Shown here one piece after another: positions 56,818-64,000 of a stretch of DNA of 64,000 nt. Source of the stretch: Gemmatimonadota bacterium. Lineage in GTDB: Bacteria > Gemmatimonadota > Gemmatimonadetes > Gemmatimonadales > GWC2-71-9. Positions within the stretch are counted from its first letter, which is position 1. Each line of letters begins with the position of its first letter. Location of the stretch: the NCBI GenBank assembly GCA_025350665.1, contig JANXXJ010000089.1, positions 1,021 through 65,020 of the forward strand, written 5' to 3'. The notes beneath the pieces are model-generated. The model was given only the letters and a program-made list of their open reading frames with translations. It ran no database searches and was not told the origin of the DNA. Made by a program: the position numbers and the translations under genes.

Positions 56818-58974
56818 ATGACCCGTCGCCTCACCGCCGCCGTCCTGCTCGCCGCCGCCTGCTCCCGCTCCACCCCCGGCAACGTCACCCTCAACCGGTG
56901 GAAAGCCGCCGATCAGGAGCCCGGCCAGTGGATGAGCCTCGGCCGCACCTGGAAGGCCGACCGCTTCTCCCCTCTCACCAAGATTTCCGACGCCAACGCC
57001 GGCCAGCTTGGCTTTGCCTGGGAATATGAAGCCCGCTCGCACCGCGGGCGGGTGGAGCACGGCCAGGAATCCACCCCGATCGTGGTGGACGGGGTGCTCT
57101 ACGCCTCCGGCCCGTGGGGCAGCGTCTTTGCCGTCGATGCCAGGACCGGCAAAGAAAAATGGCGCCACGATCCGGACGTCGACGCGAGTTACAACCGGCG
57201 CGCCTGCTGCGATGTGGTGAGCCGAGGGCTCTCGGTCTGGGGCGGCAAGGTGTACGTGGCGACCCTCGATGGATTTCTCAAGGCGCTCGACGCCGGCAGC
57301 GGCAAGGAACTCTGGCGGGCCGACACCTTCATGGACCGTGATTCCCGCTTCTACACCATCACCGGCCCGCCGCAGGTGGCCGGCAAGGTGGTGGTGATCG
57401 GGAACAGCGGCGCCGAGTTCGGGGTGCGGGGGTACATCACGGCGTACGACTTGGAGACCGGGAAGCAGGCCTGGCGGTTCTTTACCGTCCCCGGCGACCC
57501 CGCCAAGGGCCCGCCGGAAAACGACGCGATGAAGGTCGCCGCGAAGACCTGGGGCCCGAAGACCGATTGGGAGTCCGGCCTCGGCGGCACGGTCTGGGGC
57601 GAGATGACCTACGACCCGGACCTGAACCTCCTGTATGTAGGGACCGGGAACAGCACACCGTACTCGGGCTGGAACCGCGATCCCTCCCGAGGCGACAATC
57701 TCTACCTGGTGTCGATCCTCGCCATTAATCCCGACGACGGCCAGATGAAGTGGCATTACCAGGAAGTGCCCTGGGAACTCTGGGACTTTACCGCCACCGC
57801 CAACATGATCCTGGCCGACCTCACGATCGACGGGAAGCCGCGCAAGGTGATCATGCAGGCGCCGAAGGACGGGATCTACTACGTCCTCGACCGCGTCACC
57901 GGCCAGTTCATTTCCGGGAAGCCGTTCGTGTTCGTGACCTGGACCGACGGGATCGATTCCATGGGCCGAGCTCACGTGAGCGAGACGGCGGTCTACCAGA
58001 AGAAGCCGGCGATCGTCTTCCCCACTGAAGCCGGGGCCCACAACTGGCAGCCGATGGCGTTCAATCCGAAGACCGGCCTGACTTATATACCGGCCCGGGA
58101 ACAGGGCATGGTCATCGCCGACGTGCCGGGCTACAAGTGGACCAAAGGCAGAGACAATGTTGGGTCGGCCGGGATGCTGGGCTTCATTCTGGATCTGGTC
58201 GGACCGGCGGATCGGAAGCTCTTCGATGACACCTTCAAAGCCAATCCGAAGATGCCGTCTCCCGCGACCAAGGAAGTGCTGATCGCCTGGGACCCGGCGA
58301 CGCAGAAGGAGAAGTGGCGGGTGCCGACCGGAAACGGCGACTGGGCCGGCGGCGGCGTGCTCACCACCGCGGGCAATCTGGTGATCCAGGGGACCTCGAG
58401 CGGACACCTGATTGTCTACCGCGCCGACAGCGGCGAGAAACTGCAGGACATCACGGTCGGCACCGCGATCATGGCGGCGCCGATCAGCTACGAAATCGAA
58501 GGGGAGCAGTACGTGGCCGTGCTGGCCGGGTTCGGCGGCGCGGTGGCGCCGGTGTATCCAAAGGAGATGGCGGGCTACACCTGGCAGAACTATGGCCGGA
58601 TCCTGGCGTTCAAACTGGGCGGCGCCAAGACGCCGCTCCCGCCGCTCCGAAGCCCGCAGCACACGCCCGAACCGCCCAGTCTCGCCTTCTACTCCGACAC
58701 CCTGGCGGCCCAGGGCGAGGGAATCTTCCTCGGAACCTGCGGCGTCTGTCATGGCGCCCGGGGTGAAGCCAGGCTCTCGGCCTATCCCGACCTTCACCGC
58801 CTGACGCCCGAAACCCACGCCGCCTTCGACTCGATCGTGCTGGGCGGGAAGTTGAAGACCTCTGGCATGTCGAGCTTTGGCGACGTCCTCAAGCCCGCGG
58901 ATGTTCAGGCGATCCACGCCTATCTGCTCCGCGAACAGCGCACCCTCTGGCAGGAAGAACAGTCGAAGCGATGA
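56818..58974 (+). CDS. PQQ-dependent alcohol dehydrogenase, quinohaemoprotein type, lipoprotein-like signal (ADH3)
   Basis: ATG at 56818 within ORF 56701..58974. Signal MTRRLTAAVLLAAAC. Motifs RRACCDVVSRG, GNSGAEFGVRGY and WDFTATANMILADL. Haem c site CGVCH. Close paralog of ADH2. Confidence 0.9.
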   Translation: MTRRLTAAVLLAAACSRSTPGNVTLNRWKAADQEPGQWMSLGRTWKADRFSPLTKISDANAGQLGFAWEYEARSHRGRVEHGQESTPIVVDGVLYASGPWGSVFAVDARTGKEKWRHDPDVDASYNRRACCDVVSRGLSVWGGKVYVATLDGFLKALDAGSGKELWRADTFMDRDSRFYTITGPPQVAGKVVVIGNSGAEFGVRGYITAYDLETGKQAWRFFTVPGDPAKGPPENDAMKVAAKTWGPKTDWESGLGGTVWGEMTYDPDLNLLYVGTGNSTPYSGWNRDPSRGDNLYLVSILAINPDDGQMKWHYQEVPWELWDFTATANMILADLTIDGKPRKVIMQAPKDGIYYVLDRVTGQFISGKPFVFVTWTDGIDSMGRAHVSETAVYQKKPAIVFPTEAGAHNWQPMAFNPKTGLTYIPAREQGMVIADVPGYKWTKGRDNVGSAGMLGFILDLVGPADRKLFDDTFKANPKMPSPATKEVLIAWDPATQKEKWRVPTGNGDWAGGGVLTTAGNLVIQGTSSGHLIVYRADSGEKLQDITVGTAIMAAPISYEIEGEQYVAVLAGFGGAVAPVYPKEMAGYTWQNYGRILAFKLGGAKTPLPPLRSPQHTPEPPSLAFYSDTLAAQGEGIFLGTCGVCHGARGEARLSAYPDLHRLTPETHAAFDSIVLGGKLKTSGMSSFGDVLKPADVQAIHAYLLREQRTLWQEEQSKR

Positions 58975-61304
58975 TCATGATCCGACGCGGTTTCCTGGCG
59001 GCTTCGGCCGTCCTTCTGCTGGGCACGCAGGCCCGCGCCCAGGGCCTCCTCGATTCGGCCAGGGCCCGTTTGGCCAAGATCGAGGGAAACTTGGCTGTTG
59101 CCGGGCTCGACTCAACCGTGGAAGTGCGCCGAGACACCTGGGGCGTGCCGCATATCTACGCCCGGACGGTCCACGATCTGTTCTTTGCCCAGGGGTTCGT
59201 GGCCGCGCAGGACCGGCTCTTCCAGATGGAAATGTGGCGCCGCCAGGGCGACGGACGCACCGCGGAGGTGCTGGGCCGGGGCTCGGTGGACCGTGACAAA
59301 TTTGCCCGGCTCTTCAAGTACCGGGGCGACATGGCCAAAGAGTGGGCGAGCTACGCGCCGGACTCGAAGGAGATCGTGGCCGCGTTCGTGGCCGGGGTGA
59401 ACGGCTATATCGTCCAGGTGCGGGACAATCCGCCGGTCGAGTTCGCGCTGCTGGGGTTCAAGCCGGAGCCGTGGAGTCTGGATGTGCCGCTCCAGCGGAT
59501 GGCGGCGCTGTCGATGACGTCGAACGCGCTGACCGAAGTGGACCGCGCCAACCTGATCAACGTCTACGGCAAGCCCAAGGTCGAGGCGATGTTTCCCCTC
59601 GACCCGGTCCGGAAGCTCGACCCGGTGCCCGGCCTCGACCTGACCGGCGTCAACGTGGCGTCGTTAGGCGCGGCGGCCCAGATGTATGCGGGGCTGGGGT
59701 ACCCGAGGTTCGACGGTTCCAACAACTGGGTCATCAGCGGGAAGCGGACCAAATCCGGGAAGCCGCTGCTCGCCAACGACCCGCACCGCGCCATCACGCT
59801 GCCGTCGCTCCGCTATCTGACCCACCTGGTGGGACCGGGCTGGAACGTGATCGGAGCCGGGGAGCCGGCGCTGCCTGGTGTGGCGGGCGGGCACAACGAG
59901 CGGATCGCGTTCGGTTTTACCATTGTCGGGATGGATCAGCAGGACGTCTACATCGAGAAGATCGGCGCCTGCCCCGATCAGGCCGGGAAGAAATGTTACT
60001 GGAACAAGGGCGCCTGGAAGCCGGTGACGGTCATTCCCGACACCATCCCGGTCAAGGGCGAAGCGCCGAGGCCGGTGACGCTCGAGTTCACCGAGCACGG
60101 GCCGATCGTGAATGAAGACCTTGCCGCCGGGCGGGCATACGTGATCCGGTTCGTCGGCACCGAGCCCGGAACCGCCGGGTATCTGGCCCAGATTTCGGTG
60201 GACCGCGCCACCGACTGGAAGAGTTTTCAGTCGGCGGTGTACCGGTGGCGGCTTCCCACCGAGAACATGATCTACGCCGACGTGGACGGCAACATCGGCT
60301 GGGTGGCGGCGGGGTTGAACCCCAACCGGACCTGGAGCGGGCTCCTTCCGGTGCCCGGCGACGGCCGCTTCGAGTGGAAGGGCTTTCTGCCGTTCTCCGA
60401 GCTGCCCCAGGCCGAGAATCCGGCCGGCGGGATCATCGCCACGGCGAACCACAACATCATGCCGGCCGGGTATCGCCATCAGCTCAACTACGAGTGGGCG
60501 ACACCATACCGCGCCAACCGGATCAAGCAGGTTCTGGGCAAGCGGACCGACTGGACCCGCGCCGATTTCGAAAAGCTCCAGCACGACGAGTTCTCGCTGC
60601 CCGCCTCGCGGTTGGTGCCAGTGCTGGTCGGTGCCGCGCGCCGCCGCCACCTGAACACGCCCGCGCTCGACCGGATGGCGAAGTGGGGCTACACGATCAC
60701 CAAGGACGGCGCCGAGCCGATGATGTACATCGCCTGGCTCCGGGCGCTGGGGCCTGCGGTGTTCCGGCCCCGGCTGGGAGACCAACCCGGCCGGCAGCGG
60801 GGCCGGGAGTGGGATCTGCCCAAGCTGATCACGCTGGTGCGGATCCCCGACCGGGCCTTCGGGAAGAACCCGGTGGCCGGGCGGGACGCGATCGTGCTGG
60901 CCGCGTTCGATTCGGCGCTGGCTTCCTTGAGCCGTGAGTTCGGGCCCGACCAGAGCGCCTGGCGCTACGGCTCGATCCACAAGGCGCCGTTCCACCACCC
61001 GCTCTCCAACGCCTTCGATCTGCCCAGCGCCTCGCGCGGCGGCGATGACAATACCGTGAACGTCACCGCCGGCGCCGGCTGGAGCCAGACCCACGGCGCC
61101 TCGTACCGCGGCATCTTCGACACCGCCGATTGGGACAACTCAGTGGCCACCAACGTTCCCGGCCAGTCAGGGCAGCCGGGGAGCGAGTATTACGACAACC
61201 TCCTGCCGCTGTGGGAGTCGTATCGGTACTTTCCTCTGGTCTATTCCCGTGCCGCGGTGGAGCGGGCCACGAAGCACCGGCTGATCCTGGAGCCGTCGCA
61301 CTGA
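58971..61304 (+). CDS. penicillin acylase-family Ntn hydrolase (S45; AHL/penicillin amidase-like)
   Basis: 777-aa ORF whose ATG overlaps the ADH3 stop (ATGA). Signal MIMIRRGFLAASAVLLLGTQARAQG. Segments WGVPHIYA and FAQGFVAAQDRLFQME. Autoprocessing/nucleophile site DGSNNWVISG (Ser codon at 59718-59720), followed by LANDPH. Confidence 0.9.
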   Translation: MIMIRRGFLAASAVLLLGTQARAQGLLDSARARLAKIEGNLAVAGLDSTVEVRRDTWGVPHIYARTVHDLFFAQGFVAAQDRLFQMEMWRRQGDGRTAEVLGRGSVDRDKFARLFKYRGDMAKEWASYAPDSKEIVAAFVAGVNGYIVQVRDNPPVEFALLGFKPEPWSLDVPLQRMAALSMTSNALTEVDRANLINVYGKPKVEAMFPLDPVRKLDPVPGLDLTGVNVASLGAAAQMYAGLGYPRFDGSNNWVISGKRTKSGKPLLANDPHRAITLPSLRYLTHLVGPGWNVIGAGEPALPGVAGGHNERIAFGFTIVGMDQQDVYIEKIGACPDQAGKKCYWNKGAWKPVTVIPDTIPVKGEAPRPVTLEFTEHGPIVNEDLAAGRAYVIRFVGTEPGTAGYLAQISVDRATDWKSFQSAVYRWRLPTENMIYADVDGNIGWVAAGLNPNRTWSGLLPVPGDGRFEWKGFLPFSELPQAENPAGGIIATANHNIMPAGYRHQLNYEWATPYRANRIKQVLGKRTDWTRADFEKLQHDEFSLPASRLVPVLVGAARRRHLNTPALDRMAKWGYTITKDGAEPMMYIAWLRALGPAVFRPRLGDQPGRQRGREWDLPKLITLVRIPDRAFGKNPVAGRDAIVLAAFDSALASLSREFGPDQSAWRYGSIHKAPFHHPLSNAFDLPSASRGGDDNTVNVTAGAGWSQTHGASYRGIFDTADWDNSVATNVPGQSGQPGSEYYDNLLPLWESYRYFPLVYSRAAVERATKHRLILEPSH

Positions 61305-61322
61305 TGTTCTGAGGGAGTTCCC

Positions 61323-62927
61323 ATGGTGAAGTTCCCGATCCCGGCGGCGCTTGCCGCCGGTCTGCTGTTGGCGCTTCCGGCGGAGGCCGCCGCGCAGGCG
61401 GCCCCCCGCGTCGTACTCGGCAACGTATTCTACGACGGCGATACCCAGCAAGGCATCTCGAGCTTTCTCGGCATTCCCTACGCCAAGGCCCCGGTCGGGG
61501 ATCTTCGCTGGAAGCCGCCGGTGCCGGCTCAGCCGCTGCCCGGAGCACACAAAGCGGTGAACTTCGGCGCCGCCTGCATCCAGAGCGACCGGCTGCAGCA
61601 ATGGCTCAAAGGAATCGCGACCGTGTTCGGGACCGCCGACAAGGTGGTGGCTGATACGATCAAGGTGAGCGAGGACTGCCTCTACCTGAATATCTGGACG
61701 CCGGCGGTGAACGGCGCTCAGGCACCGGTCATGGTCTGGATCCACGGGGGATCAAACCTGAACGGGAGCGGCGCCGAGTCGCTCTACGACGGGTCGGAAC
61801 TGGCCAGCCACGGTGTCGTCGTCGTCACGGTCAATTACCGGCTCGGCATCCTGGGCTTCATGGCCCATCCCGATCTGGTGGCCGAGTCGCCGAATCACTC
61901 GGCGGGGAACTACGGGCTGCTCGACCAGATCGAGGCGCTCCGTTGGGTGCGGCAGAATATTCGCGCGTTCGGTGGGGATCCGAAGAAGGTCACCGTGTTC
62001 GGCGAGTCGGCGGGTTCGATCGACATCATCCATCTGATGGCGTCACCACTGGCCCGGGGACTGTTCGATCAGGCGATCACCGAGAGCGGCTCGCCGATGG
62101 GCCGGATGAGCACCGTGGCGATGGCCGCCGGCTTCGGGCGGCAGTTCGCCAAGGCGCTGGGCGTGGACACGGCCCAGAACCAGCTCAAGGCCATGCGGGC
62201 AAAATCGGCGGCCGATATTCTGGCGGCGCAGAACAATTTCCAGGCCTTGGTGCTCGCGACCGGCCCGACTGTTGACGGCTGGGTCCTCACCGACGTGACC
62301 GCCCGGGTTTTCGAGCGGGGCGAGCAGGCGAAGGTGCCGCTGATGACGGGCACCAACGCGCTGGAGATGACCACACTCCGCGGATATCTGCCGCAATTCC
62401 CGCGGACGATCAGCGGCTACCGGCAGTGGGCCGGCGGTACGCTCGGCGCCGCGACCGATTCGGTTCTTCGGTATTATCCCGCCGCCGCGGACAGCCTGGT
62501 CGATGACGCCGCCATCCGGCTCACCACCGATCTGTTCATGACCTGCCCGACCCGGATTTCGACCCGGGCCATGAAGTCATCGGGCCGGAAGACCTTCCTC
62601 TACCAGTTCACCCGCGTCATCCCCGGCGGCGAGAAGCTGGGCGCCTATCATGCGGCCGAGATCGGGTACGTCTTCGGCAATAAGCTGCCGTGGCTCCCGC
62701 AGCAGCCGGCCGACCTGCAGTTGTCCAAGGCCATGATGGGTTACTGGACCCGTTTCGCCGCCACCGGCGATCCTAACGGCCGCGGCGCGGTCGAGTGGTT
62801 CCCCTACGGTTCCGGGAAGGACTACTATCTCGAACTCGGCGTCCCGATTGTGGCGCGGACCGACCTCAGGAAAGACGCCTGTGACGCCATGGACCCACCG
62901 CTCAAGGCGCAGTGGGCCGGAAAGTAG
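61323..62927 (+). CDS. secreted type-B carboxylesterase/lipase family protein
   Basis: 534-aa ORF with a signal peptide. Motifs EDCLYLNIW, HGGS and nucleophile FGESAGS. Confidence 0.9.
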   Translation: MVKFPIPAALAAGLLLALPAEAAAQAAPRVVLGNVFYDGDTQQGISSFLGIPYAKAPVGDLRWKPPVPAQPLPGAHKAVNFGAACIQSDRLQQWLKGIATVFGTADKVVADTIKVSEDCLYLNIWTPAVNGAQAPVMVWIHGGSNLNGSGAESLYDGSELASHGVVVVTVNYRLGILGFMAHPDLVAESPNHSAGNYGLLDQIEALRWVRQNIRAFGGDPKKVTVFGESAGSIDIIHLMASPLARGLFDQAITESGSPMGRMSTVAMAAGFGRQFAKALGVDTAQNQLKAMRAKSAADILAAQNNFQALVLATGPTVDGWVLTDVTARVFERGEQAKVPLMTGTNALEMTTLRGYLPQFPRTISGYRQWAGGTLGAATDSVLRYYPAAADSLVDDAAIRLTTDLFMTCPTRISTRAMKSSGRKTFLYQFTRVIPGGEKLGAYHAAEIGYVFGNKLPWLPQQPADLQLSKAMMGYWTRFAATGDPNGRGAVEWFPYGSGKDYYLELGVPIVARTDLRKDACDAMDPPLKAQWAGK

Positions 62928-62934
62928 CATCCCG

Positions 62935-64000
62935 ATGCAACTTCCCTCGTGGGTCCTGGCGCTTGGCCTGCCCGGCGTGCTGGTGGCGCAGGCGCAACCA
63001 TGGCCGGAGCGCGCGGTCCGGCGCGACATTCCGATCACCAACACGTTCCGTCATGCGCTGGCCGCCGGGAGCCGCGATTCGAGCGGTCGGCCCACCAAGG
63101 GGTACTGGCAGCTCAAGACGGATTACACCATTCAGGTCCGGCTCGATCCCGCCACCCAGCGGATCACCGGCACCGAGCGGATCCAGATCGACAACCAGAG
63201 CGGCGATTCGCTCCGGAACATCGGCCTGCGGCTCCCGGCCAATCATTTTCTGTTCGAGAGCCCGCGGGCGGCACCCTGGATTGCAGGGGAAAACACCGAT
63301 GGGATGACGCTGACTCGGCTGGTGGTCAACGGTCAGACCGCCAAACTCGCCGGCGGGGCACCGCAGGGCCGAGGCGGCAACGAACCGCCGCCCGCGGAGC
63401 CGACGCTGATGAACGGCCGCTCGACCGCCGCCCGGGTGGCACTTCCCGCGCCGATCCCGCCCCGGACCAGCGCCACCCTCGAGATCGACTGGAGCATGAA
63501 GCTCCCCGGCGGCACCGGGCAGGGCCACCGGATGACGATGCGCTGGGCCGACACGCTGTTCCAGCCGACCCAGTGGTTTCCGCGCGTGGCGGTGTACGAC
63601 GACCTCCGCGGCTGGGATACCGAGCTCTACCTTGGGCCCTCGGAGTTCTACAACGATTTTGGCCGGTTCGACGTGAAGATCGACGTCCCGGGCGGCTGGA
63701 TCGTGAGCGGCACCGGCGTGCTCCAGAATCCCGAGGAGGTGCTGACGCCCGTCGCCCGTGCCCGCCTGGCGCACGTGCTCGACAGCGACTCGATCACCAC
63801 CGTGGTCGGGCCCGACGAAGTGGGTCCGGGCGCCGCCACCGCCGCCGGCGACCGGCTGGTCTGGCACCTCGTGGCCGAGAACGTGAACGACTTCGCCTGG
63901 GCCACCGCGAAGAAGTACGTCTGGCAGGCGCTTCGGGCCAACATCCCCGGCAAGGGCTACGTCCCGGTCAACATGTACTACCTGCCCGGCCGTGCCCGCC
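62935..64000 (+). CDS. secreted protein, 5' partial; N-terminal region resembles M1-family metallopeptidases (runs off the window end)
   Basis: Not in the ORF track because no stop lies within the window. Hand translation from the ATG at 62935 is open to 64000 (MQLPSWVLALGLPGVLVAQAQPWPERAVRRDIPITNTF...YWQLKTDYTIQVRLDP...ITGTERIQIDNQSGDSL). GC3-rich codons. No HExxH is reached, so the family call is tentative. Confidence 0.6.
   Translation, partial: MQLPSWVLALGLPGVLVAQAQPWPERAVRRDIPITNTFRHALAAGSRDSSGRPTKGYWQLKTDYTIQVRLDPATQRITGTERIQIDNQSGDSLRNIGLRLPANHFLFESPRAAPWIAGENTDGMTLTRLVVNGQTAKLAGGAPQGRGGNEPPPAEPTLMNGRSTAARVALPAPIPPRTSATLEIDWSMKLPGGTGQGHRMTMRWADTLFQPTQWFPRVAVYDDLRGWDTELYLGPSEFYNDFGRFDVKIDVPGGWIVSGTGVLQNPEEVLTPVARARLAHVLDSDSITTVVGPDEVGPGAATAAGDRLVWHLVAENVNDFAWATAKKYVWQALRANIPGKGYVPVNMYYLPGRAR

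Noticed and set aside
55699-58917. 1072-aa minus-strand ORF antisense to the CocE/NonD 3' end and all of PQQ-ADH3
   Set aside because: Same reasoning. Its similarity to the antisense ORF of ADH2 (for example RRDVPPDPELRPAVPDHHH versus RRDVPPHPELGAAVPDHHH) simply mirrors sense-strand conservation of the paralogs.
1-64000. Search by eye for CRISPR arrays, rRNA/tRNA genes, transposases, integrases, toxin-antitoxin pairs or known defence-system genes
   Set aside because: None found. No repeat-spacer periodicity, no gap large enough for rRNA, no recombinase-like ORF and no small paired ORFs typical of TA modules. The start codon of a minus-strand gene at positions 1-3 leaves the window and cannot be described.

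Overview
This is a GC-rich bacterial chromosomal segment; third codon positions are mostly G/C. It comes from a diderm organism, since TolC, TonB, OMP-type C-termini and lipoprotein signals are present. The gene content resembles Gemmatimonadota or Acidobacteriota, but taxonomy cannot be established from sequence alone. I support about 65 tightly packed CDSs. I found no rRNA, tRNA, CRISPR array, transposase or integrase, and no intergenic gap exceeds about 250 bp.

Content by theme:
- Three ECF sigma/anti-sigma modules: 31-1223, 23217-24100 and 36609-37753.
- Three quinohaemoprotein PQQ-dependent alcohol dehydrogenases: 4645-6756, 50893-53073 and 56818-58974.
- A sigma-linked TolC/MacA/MacB-type efflux operon.
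- Many secreted peptidases and hydrolases: M20, M42, M28-PDZ, an MA-clan-like protein, S15 CocE/NonD, an S45 Ntn acylase, a type-B carboxylesterase and an M1-like protein.
- DNA repair genes (PolX, Nth).
- Housekeeping genes (fabH, serA, panE, cyclophilin).

I see no recognisable defence island or mobile element.

Observations worth following up:
1. One PQQ-ADH carries the lanthanide-type D-x-D signature and also has a fused haem c domain. Its two paralogs carry D-x-T.
2. An orphan 595-aa membrane protein is co-oriented with an HDOD signalling protein and divergent from a PQQ-ADH.
3. Six convergent gene pairs share 4-nt overlapping stop codons (CTAG, CTAA or TTAG).
4. serA is translationally coupled to a GlcD/D2HGDH-like FAD oxidase.
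5. An Asp/Glu-racemase-family protein lacks both catalytic Cys residues.
6. A YggX-like protein has a 4-Cys motif.

The many very long antisense ORFs in the track are interpreted as high-GC shadow ORFs. All functional calls rest on motif and family recognition by eye; no searches were run.
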